Under the pieces are notes generated by a model. It saw nothing but the letters and a program-made list of their open reading frames with translations, ran no database searches and was not told the DNA's origin. This document shows, one piece after another, positions 24,725-31,205 of a stretch of 31,205 nt of DNA. Position numbers and translations under genes: made by a program. Source of the stretch: a virus (lineage: Duplodnaviria; Caudoviricetes). Numbering within the stretch: the first letter of the stretch is position 1; the number at the start of each line of letters is the position of its first letter. The DNA is taken from the IMG/VR virus record IMGVR_UViG_3300032247_000312, positions 1 to 31,205 of that record; one strand, written 5' to 3'.

Positions 24725-26059
24725 ACTTGCCTTGGTTGGCATGTCAAATTTTGGACCGATCACCTTGTCGATCAGACCCATCGCAAATGCCTTGTCAGCA
24801 TTCAGCCAAGTTTCGCTTTTCATCATTTTGCGAATCACTTCTTTTCCAATGCCAGACTTGCCAGCGTAGATATCTGCGATCTCGTCAGAGATTCCATCCA
24901 AGAATTGTGATACCTGAAGATGATCGCTTGAATTCCCAGTAGAGTTCAGAGATGCGTCGTGGATCATCATCTGACCACCCTTGACCATGTGGATCTCATC
25001 GGCTGCCATAGCGATTACCGATGCCATAGAAGCTGCAAGTGAGTTGATGATCGCAGTGACCTTCACACCGCGATCGCGCATGGCAAGGATCGCGTAGTAT
25101 AGTCGGTATCCATCAAGCACAGATCCACCGCCAGAGTTGATCTCCATGATGACCTCCTCAAGAGCGCCATCTGCGCTTGCAGTTACGCCGGCGATCTCTG
25201 TGCCGATTGCGTTTTGTCCGTAGAGTCGACCCATCTCTTCAATGATCGTGTCGATTGAGTATGGAGTGACAGCTTCATTGAGCTTCACTTTTCCGACTTT
25301 GTTTTCGATTGAAAGATAGTTCATTGCTTTTGATTGTTTGGGTTGTGCATTGATTTGTTTGAGTCGAGTTTCGGCCCATGACTTGCCGGCATCTCCGCCC
25401 CATAGCGCCCAGGCGATTCTTCCTGCTGATGGGTAACCATCCTCGCCAGGCGAGAATCCAGATGCTTGCTTGTCGACTTCATGTCGTGCGAAGAAGCTGA
25501 CCATTCGGCCAATAGTTTCTTCAGAAAGATTGACTCTGTTTGAGATGTCGCGAGCGCGAGCAACTCCGATAGCAGTTCCACCTCGGTTAAATTCTTGCCT
25601 CCATTGTAATCCACGAGACGCTTCTGCTGCCATTGCATCGGTTGGTTTAAGATCGATAGCATCAATTGCATCTTCGATCGTCTGATATTCTTTGACGATC
25701 TCAGCCGGATCGATCACTTCCTCAATTCCCAAAGATGAGTATGCATCACGCGCACGAGCATCATTGTCGATTGCCTCGACAATATCATACCCTTCATCCA
25801 TCAGTTTCTTGGCCTTGTATTTTTTGAATTGAACCTCGGCGCCTTGTGGGAAATCGCTGAGATGAATCTGCGAATGCGGGACATCATGCGCATTGAGCAG
25901 ATCACGGGTCTCCTGCATCTGTGAATCTTGACGCCCACTTACGATGATGACGTCGTGATCCATCGATTCATCCTTGAGATAGTCGATGACTTCTTGAATC
26001 GGCGATTCTCCATTGAATAGAGTGCCGTCGATGTCGCAGATTATTGATGGATTAGGCAT
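24272..26059 (-). CDS. HAD phosphatase - linker domain - ClpP-type prohead protease - scaffold fusion (595 aa)
   Basis: HAD: CDIDGTL, IVSGR, FKK, AIDND. ClpP: INSGGGSV, SLAASMASVI, MMIHDAS, ETWLNADKA. Confidence 0.85.
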   Translation of the reverse strand: MPNPSIICDIDGTLFNGESPIQEVIDYLKDESMDHDVIIVSGRQDSQMQETRDLLNAHDVPHSQIHLSDFPQGAEVQFKKYKAKKLMDEGYDIVEAIDNDARARDAYSSLGIEEVIDPAEIVKEYQTIEDAIDAIDLKPTDAMAAEASRGLQWRQEFNRGGTAIGVARARDISNRVNLSEETIGRMVSFFARHEVDKQASGFSPGEDGYPSAGRIAWALWGGDAGKSWAETRLKQINAQPKQSKAMNYLSIENKVGKVKLNEAVTPYSIDTIIEEMGRLYGQNAIGTEIAGVTASADGALEEVIMEINSGGGSVLDGYRLYYAILAMRDRGVKVTAIINSLAASMASVIAMAADEIHMVKGGQMMIHDASLNSTGNSSDHLQVSQFLDGISDEIADIYAGKSGIGKEVIRKMMKSETWLNADKAFAMGLIDKVIGPKFDMPTKASMSILDKLLPNAELASKIEAKDSEIKSLEASISEATAKFAMVETELQNAVTELISAKAELDEKTEAMKEAEKKIAEQEVSITELTEKSEASTEKISLEASRLLSATGHPTHIEEIATETTAEVDHFAIMSKLSPEDRSDYYSKNRSKILSL

Positions 26060-27509
26060 TGAAGACTTCTGTTGGTGCAGTTTCGTTTGGCGTAAGCATT
26101 GACATTTCTCGATCCTCGATCACCACTCCGTATTTTTTTGCAGCCGTTTCTGCTGCAAGTTTCCGAAGCGCAACTTCTTCTGCGCGTTCCATCAAATGCT
26201 CCTCAAGGGATTTGCCCATCATGCCGACGATATCGCGCATGTTCCTGGCGCCAATCTTCCACATTGCTTCCAGCTCTTTGCTGACGCGGCCATCGTCGAT
26301 CGTGAGTTTCGCAGGATAAGTAAATTCCCATCTCCACCAGTCTTCCGACTGTGGTAGAATTCCTTGCTTTTGCGCCTTTGCAACTGCATAGCCAACCATT
26401 CGATTGGCTGCATATGCTAGAATATCTTGCCGATCCTCGACCGCGCGTTGAGCTTTGCCAATTTCACTGCGTTCCGCGGTTCCTTGTCCGGTTGGTTTCC
26501 AGACGAGTGAGTATGGCCAGTTGATTCCAGCGAGAGCACTGCGGATGATCCGATCATGGAACGATTCCCATACATCGCCAGGGCGATCCGATTTGATCGT
26601 CTCAAGTTTGCCGCCGGAGTTCGATTTGAAATAACGAATCGCGCCACCATCCATCGTCTGATAGCTTAGTCCTTCTCCGCTCGTTGTGTCACCGACAAGG
26701 ATATTGCCAGGATCATCAGGATCTGGTCCTCCATGCTCGTTGTATTCGATCAGTCCGATGCTCGAAAGCATCATCTGTGCGAGGCGTTCCCAGTCGTGGG
26801 ACTGGAGCATGTCGCGAAGATCATTGAGCGCGTGAGTAAATGCCGGCAGTCCGCGGCCTTGCTCTTGCCATGATGGATCGTAAAGGTGAATGACATTGGC
26901 AGCATCGAGATATTCGACTGCTTTGCCATCCTCGTCGATCACGATGTATTCCTTTGGTGCGCCACTGGAATAGTAGACGATTCCATCAATCAGAGTTCCT
27001 CCATGGAATTGAATGCTCGACTGAGATTGATTGAGATCCCTTGGATTCCCGATCCGATGTGATGGAATGTGTTGATACCGCGGGTATCCATCCGGCGTCT
27101 GAGTCAGCAGAACGAATGCCTCACCATCGCGGTCGATCGCGGTCGAGATCAGATAGAGCGAAGTCTTGAAATCATGCATGCCACCGCGAACATCTCCAAT
27201 GGCGTACCATTGGTTTCTGAGCCAATCGGCAGCGATCTTACCAAATTCGGTATCAGTGCCAGTAAATTTTGGCGCCCATGCTCGACCGACTGCATACATT
27301 GCCTTTTGCTCGATGGCGCCACGCGCCGGCCCGAGGTTGAGGAAGAGTCTGCGCGATGCTGACAGCAAAGTGTGCCGATCATTGTATGGAACCAGTTTGC
27401 CAATGTCCTTTAACTCGACTGGTTCCCAAGGACGATCCCTCGACCAACGGTTCGCGGAACGTGCCGCCTGCATCACCGCCGTGTTGCCCCATTGATCAAG
27501 AATTGCCAT
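26052..27509 (-). CDS. Portal protein, lambda family
   Basis: IDRDGEAF, DGIVY, VIHLYDP...QGRGLP motifs. Position. Confidence 0.88.
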   Translation of the reverse strand: MAILDQWGNTAVMQAARSANRWSRDRPWEPVELKDIGKLVPYNDRHTLLSASRRLFLNLGPARGAIEQKAMYAVGRAWAPKFTGTDTEFGKIAADWLRNQWYAIGDVRGGMHDFKTSLYLISTAIDRDGEAFVLLTQTPDGYPRYQHIPSHRIGNPRDLNQSQSSIQFHGGTLIDGIVYYSSGAPKEYIVIDEDGKAVEYLDAANVIHLYDPSWQEQGRGLPAFTHALNDLRDMLQSHDWERLAQMMLSSIGLIEYNEHGGPDPDDPGNILVGDTTSGEGLSYQTMDGGAIRYFKSNSGGKLETIKSDRPGDVWESFHDRIIRSALAGINWPYSLVWKPTGQGTAERSEIGKAQRAVEDRQDILAYAANRMVGYAVAKAQKQGILPQSEDWWRWEFTYPAKLTIDDGRVSKELEAMWKIGARNMRDIVGMMGKSLEEHLMERAEEVALRKLAAETAAKKYGVVIEDREMSMLTPNETAPTEVFNA

Positions 27510-27525
27510 CGCTCAATCGCGGATG

Positions 27526-27807
27526 TCAAAAGAGACCACGCGACCGAGTGCCAGGAGCAAATCCTTGATTGAGCCAAGCAAGCGCCAAGCGAAGTGCAGT
27601 CTGCCTAGATGACTCATCGAGTCCGATTACCTTTGCCATAGTCACGCCGTTTTTTCCTGCGCTGGTAATCGAATCCATGCCGCCCTTGGTTAATGCACCG
27701 CCAGAGATGGCAGCATCGAATGCAGCGCTGATATCTGCCACGCGCGATGCATCACCATAGGCCCACTGGAATAGGTTGTGCGCAGTGCTATATACGGTTG
27801 CCGCCAT
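27526..27807 (-). CDS. Head-tail adaptor (gpW position)
   Basis: Small gene between terL and portal, as in lambda. Confidence 0.55.
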   Translation of the reverse strand: MAATVYSTAHNLFQWAYGDASRVADISAAFDAAISGGALTKGGMDSITSAGKNGVTMAKVIGLDESSRQTALRLALAWLNQGFAPGTRSRGLF

Positions 27808-27824
27808 TCACATGGCGAGAGATG

Positions 27825-29546
27825 TCAAACATCGAAGCCAGGAATGATCTTGAGCATGAGCGCGGCCACGATCTGCATCGCCTCGACATCCCATCCGTGG
27901 TTATCACGTCTGACTTTAACCCACCGATATTCGACCTGCTTAGTCTTGCCATTGACGATCTCACGCTTTGCTTCCGAGTCGATCTGCTTCAGGTATTCTT
28001 CCGGTGCATCGTCTGGTATTTCCCATGACTGAGCCTGTCCAGTTCGATGAGCGTGCAGGATGTCCTTAATCCGATCGGATGCCCAGAATGCATAGCGTGC
28101 CTTGCGTCCATTGGTGGCAGATGCCTCCGAGAATTTTGAGAATGGTCGATGGATGATGTCGCCATTTTGCTTCTTGTAGGCAAATGATGCTTGTCCAGAT
28201 CCGTGCAGCGCGGTCCAGTCATTGGATGCAGTCGCGCAGTATACCTGGTCCGTGTTATACTGAGCATCCACGAATGTCATCTTGGGTGAAACCTTCATGT
28301 GCCGACGCAGCTCCTCGATCTGGTCGTAAGTTTCCATGCGCCCAAAAAACAGCAGGCGCGATGATCCATCCGATCGCCATGCTCGGCAGACAACCCAGAA
28401 GTGATCGCGTTGAACGTCCACTGTGATGAACCGATATGTTTCATTTTCGACGAGTTGGCCTTGAGAGAATTCGGCGAGTCTGTATCCATCGCCGACGAGT
28501 GCCTGGCGATTGTCTGTCAGATCCTCTTCCCAGCTCTCGGCGAGTCGCTTCTGAATGAATTGCCGCAGAGGATCAATGTTGCCAACCTTCATCGCGGCCT
28601 TTGCCTCCAAGTTCAGCAATGCAATTTCCCAGAGTGGTTTGCGCCAGTTGCAAAGGACGTTGTAGTGAAAGCCAACATGCCCGGGAAGACCGCTCGATGT
28701 CTGAACGTAAGATGCTGACTCTGCCAATGCTCGGCGCTGCTGCGTGTTGTCGGCACATGTCCAATCGCAGTCTGGGTTATCACATTTGAGCTTGGCGGTT
28801 TGCGCTCGATCGAGAAGCAATTTTTCCTCGTCGTCGTCGATCGCCACGTTGCACCATTTCCAAGGTTGGATCGTTGTGCATGTTGGGCAGGGAAATGAGA
28901 ATTCCCGCTGGTCAGTTTGCTGCCATGCTTTGTCGAGGTCATCTCCCTTGGTGCCGGCCTGCGAGAGAATGAAGAATTGACGATTCCAGCGATCGTGCAA
29001 TCGACCGCGAGATTCATTTAGCATGCCTGGCTTATATTGCCACGCCTCGTCATTGAAAACGCGGCGCATCGACTTGCTCTGAAGTCCTGAAAGATTCGCG
29101 CCTGTAAGGAACAGCGACATGTGCGGAAATAGGATCTGCATCTTCCGCTTCTTGTGGCGATCTTCCGGTAGGAGTGCTGCGGTTTCCGGCGTGTTACGGA
29201 TCGCGTAATCCATCCGAGTCTCTGCCCAGTCGCGCAGGTCGTCATCGGTTTGGCCGACGAGCAAGGTTGGCCCAGGATCTTCCGAGATGATGTATTGCAA
29301 CGCAGCCTCGATGAAGGTTGTCTTGCCAGTTCCGATCGGCGCGAGGAAGACAATCTCCTTGGCATCAGACTCGGCCAAGATGTCGAGTGGTTCCCGTTGC
29401 CACGGAGCATTCTCGATCTGGAATTTTGGCGTCAATCCATCTTGGATCGCGATGCGTCCCGAGGACCAGGCTGATGGAGATAGACGAGCAGGTGGACGAC
29501 AAGAACGGCGAAAGGAATTGATGATTGTTGGATCAGACTTAATCAT
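27825..29546 (-). CDS. terL: Terminase large subunit, GpA family
   Basis: PWQREP, Walker A APIGTGKTT, Walker B VFNDE, CPTC/C...C zinc motifs, TVDVQ and NHGWDVE nuclease motifs. Confidence 0.93.
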   Translation of the reverse strand: MIKSDPTIINSFRRSCRPPARLSPSAWSSGRIAIQDGLTPKFQIENAPWQREPLDILAESDAKEIVFLAPIGTGKTTFIEAALQYIISEDPGPTLLVGQTDDDLRDWAETRMDYAIRNTPETAALLPEDRHKKRKMQILFPHMSLFLTGANLSGLQSKSMRRVFNDEAWQYKPGMLNESRGRLHDRWNRQFFILSQAGTKGDDLDKAWQQTDQREFSFPCPTCTTIQPWKWCNVAIDDDEEKLLLDRAQTAKLKCDNPDCDWTCADNTQQRRALAESASYVQTSSGLPGHVGFHYNVLCNWRKPLWEIALLNLEAKAAMKVGNIDPLRQFIQKRLAESWEEDLTDNRQALVGDGYRLAEFSQGQLVENETYRFITVDVQRDHFWVVCRAWRSDGSSRLLFFGRMETYDQIEELRRHMKVSPKMTFVDAQYNTDQVYCATASNDWTALHGSGQASFAYKKQNGDIIHRPFSKFSEASATNGRKARYAFWASDRIKDILHAHRTGQAQSWEIPDDAPEEYLKQIDSEAKREIVNGKTKQVEYRWVKVRRDNHGWDVEAMQIVAALMLKIIPGFDV

Positions 29547-29736
29547 CTATTCCTTGATCCTTCCGTGTTTTGCTGGCGCGTTGCGTCGCCAACTCAATAG
29601 TCATTCCTTTGTTGATGAGGTTGCGAGCGTGCCTTGGTGATATTTTTAAAATCTCAGCGATTCGTTGTTTGACCTCGTTCTTCTTTCCTCGTCCTCCGTT
29701 CGGTTTGTATTGTTGATTTGGATAAATCATATTCAA
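29539..29736 (-). CDS. Small HTH protein (65 aa)
   Basis: QRIAEILKISPRHARNLINKG. Confidence 0.55.
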   Translation of the reverse strand: MNMIYPNQQYKPNGGRGKKNEVKQRIAEILKISPRHARNLINKGMTIELATQRASKTRKDQGIDD

Positions 29737-30581
29737 AACATTTCCATTTGAAGTATTCCGTCATCTAGTTTCATGCACCACCCTTGAAAGAAGACAAAGT
29801 TCCTCGCTCTATATGCTGGGTCTTTGAGTTTTTCATTCTCCTCTTTCCAGACGATCCATCCTGCTTTCCTGCCGTTGTTCCTTCGGTCAAAATAATGATC
29901 GACCGCAGCGATTGACCAATCGATCGAACCTTCGTTGTCTATTAGGACTTTGGAAGAAATCGGGCATTTGCCAGAATAGTGATTCCTAAGACAGCTCACG
30001 AATTCATCAACGATCTTTTTGGGAAATTCATTCCTAGGAATGATCGTGTTGATTTCGCCTTTGATTTCTTTGACGCCGACGAGAGTGGATTTCTCCAACC
30101 GTTCTAAACGACTGTTCATCTGAGATTGGTAATCTGCCAATCGCCGCAATTCCTGACCAGCGGCGATCATGGCACTAGAAATATCAACCATCGGTGCGGA
30201 CGAGTATCCTCCAGTCTTACGGACTGATGGTAGAACCTCGCTTGTGACCCATTTACGAAAGCGATGAGGGACACTTCCAACTTTCATCGCGTCTCGGCAT
30301 CTGAGGACTAAAGCGAAAAGACCACTCTCGGAGATGAGCATCAAATTTTGAGATCCACCTTCGCCAGACCGCCAGTGACTCGGGATTAAATCCCGAGTCA
30401 CTCGGACCTTCTCATCCTCATCCAACTTTCCAACGGCGTCAGAAATATCCTTGAGTCCGAGAGCGGCGCATACATCAATAGCTACGAACCAGGGTTGATT
30501 CTCTCTTGTGATGCTTCGGATTGGAGCGCCATCGAAATTGAAATTGGAAACGGAATTTGAAGTAGTGGTGATTTCGTCCAT
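29733..30581 (-). CDS. Bro-N antirepressor-family protein with HNH-like C-terminus
   Basis: PWFVAIDVCAALG, LISESGLFALV and FRKWVTSEVLPSVRKTGGY. C-terminal GKCP...VDH...N...EN. Confidence 0.85.
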   Translation of the reverse strand: MDEITTTSNSVSNFNFDGAPIRSITRENQPWFVAIDVCAALGLKDISDAVGKLDEDEKVRVTRDLIPSHWRSGEGGSQNLMLISESGLFALVLRCRDAMKVGSVPHRFRKWVTSEVLPSVRKTGGYSSAPMVDISSAMIAAGQELRRLADYQSQMNSRLERLEKSTLVGVKEIKGEINTIIPRNEFPKKIVDEFVSCLRNHYSGKCPISSKVLIDNEGSIDWSIAAVDHYFDRRNNGRKAGWIVWKEENEKLKDPAYRARNFVFFQGWCMKLDDGILQMEMF

Positions 30582-30619
30582 CACTATTTACGGGATGTCA
30601 AATCTTCCTGCTTTTCCTT

Positions 30620-31156
30620 CTATTCCTCGTTCCAGATTTTAGCGCTGGCATCGGATAAAGTGGAAAGAACCTCGTCCACTTTCTCCCGGATAACCTTCTG
30701 CATTCCAGCGGGTGTCATTCCCTCCAGCATAGGTGGCAAATCAGCTTCCATTCGCATGATCGCAGCCTTCACTGCTGCGCCGATCCGCAGCATTGATTCC
30801 TCTACCATTGCCCGGCTGACGTAAGATCCGGCAGCTTCTCGCAACTTGAACGCATTTACGAGTCCGTCGATCTGAGTCTTGATGCGCTGCGCGTCATGTT
30901 TATCGGTGCAATGCGCCAGTTCCGAGATCAGACGTTCGGTGTGATCGGATGATTCGATTGGATCGCTGGATGATGGTGTGGCCGGCACTGGTTTCCACTC
31001 GTCCTTGAGTGTCTTGGGAAGATTTCGGCATCGAGCGATCTTAGCTTTGACCTGTGCATCGTCCCAGACATCGACGCCACCGCGCTCCCAGTTCCCTAGG
31101 GTCTGGATGCTGATGCCGATCTGTGCCGAGCGTTGGTTTCTGGTCTGCTTTTTCAT
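30620..31156 (-). CDS. terS: Terminase small subunit (Nu1-like)
   Basis: N-terminal HTH (QIGISIQTLGNW), helical C-terminus, first gene after the terminal 12-mer and upstream of terL. Confidence 0.7.
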   Translation of the reverse strand: MKKQTRNQRSAQIGISIQTLGNWERGGVDVWDDAQVKAKIARCRNLPKTLKDEWKPVPATPSSSDPIESSDHTERLISELAHCTDKHDAQRIKTQIDGLVNAFKLREAAGSYVSRAMVEESMLRIGAAVKAAIMRMEADLPPMLEGMTPAGMQKVIREKVDEVLSTLSDASAKIWNEE

Positions 31157-31193
31157 GCCTCAGTCAAAAAATGACTCATGCGCTTTTATCGAG

Positions 31194-31205
31194 ATGAGGC
31201 GCAAC
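31194..31205. repeat. Right copy of 12-bp terminal direct repeat (candidate cos)
   Basis: Identical to 1-12. Confidence 0.85.

Larger units (their letters stand above)
14037..30601 (-). promoter_or_regulatory. Dispersed TTGACAT(C) box, nine copies each 13-17 nt upstream of a late-gene ATG
   Basis: Copies at 14037-14044, 17449-17456, 19134-19141, 20518-20525, 23303-23310, 24740-24747, 27522-27529, 27821-27828 and 30594-30601. Confidence 0.85.
1..31205 (-). mobile_element. Apparently complete lambda-like tailed phage genome (Caudoviricetes, siphovirus-like)
   Basis: Full packaging, head, tail, lysis and replication/recombination gene set, all on the - strand. Identical 12-mer at both ends. 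No host housekeeping genes. Confidence 0.93.

Noticed and set aside
14037-27828. TGA within the TTGACATC boxes as a stop-codon readthrough or recoding signal
   Set aside because: Only one of the five stop-overlapping boxes (20522 to 20506) leaves the next gene in frame, and four boxes contain no in-frame stop. ORFs are intact under the standard code.
31162-31167. TTGACT upstream of terS as a tenth late box
   Set aside because: It has a mismatch and lies only 5 nt from the ATG, outside the 13-17 nt pattern.

Overview
The window looks like a complete ~31.2-kb genome of a tailed, lambda-like (siphovirus-type) phage. The first and last 12 bases are identical (ATGAGGCGCAAC), a candidate cos site next to the small terminase gene. 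All credible genes lie on the - strand. Reading from 31205 down to 1, the order is: terS, Bro-N/HNH-like insert, GpA-type terL, adaptor, lambda-type portal, a HAD-phosphatase/ClpP/scaffold fusion, major capsid, two glycosyltransferase genes (one with TPR and methyltransferase domains), neck and tail genes with a lambda G/GT-type -1 frameshift, a short tape measure, tail tip and fibre, lysis region, a small autoregulated two-gene cassette, and an early module (RecT, YqaJ exonuclease, RuvC-like resolvase, DnaA domain-IV protein, SSB, replication initiator with internal iterons, a TGT/DpdA-like protein and HTH proteins). I see no integrase or partition genes. A/C-rich leaders without Shine-Dalgarno sites suggest a host such as Verrucomicrobiota, Planctomycetota or Bacteroidota (inference). 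The strongest unexplained signals are: (1) a TTGACAT(C) box 13-17 nt before nine late-gene start codons; (2) a putative virion glycosylation/methylation cassette right after the capsid gene; (3) a 76-nt CCA-ending tRNA-like RNA with non-canonical loops; (4) a phosphatase-fused prohead protease; (5) an acr-aca-like cassette; (6) an orphan TGT/DpdA-like gene. All protein calls come from motif recognition by eye, not database searches.
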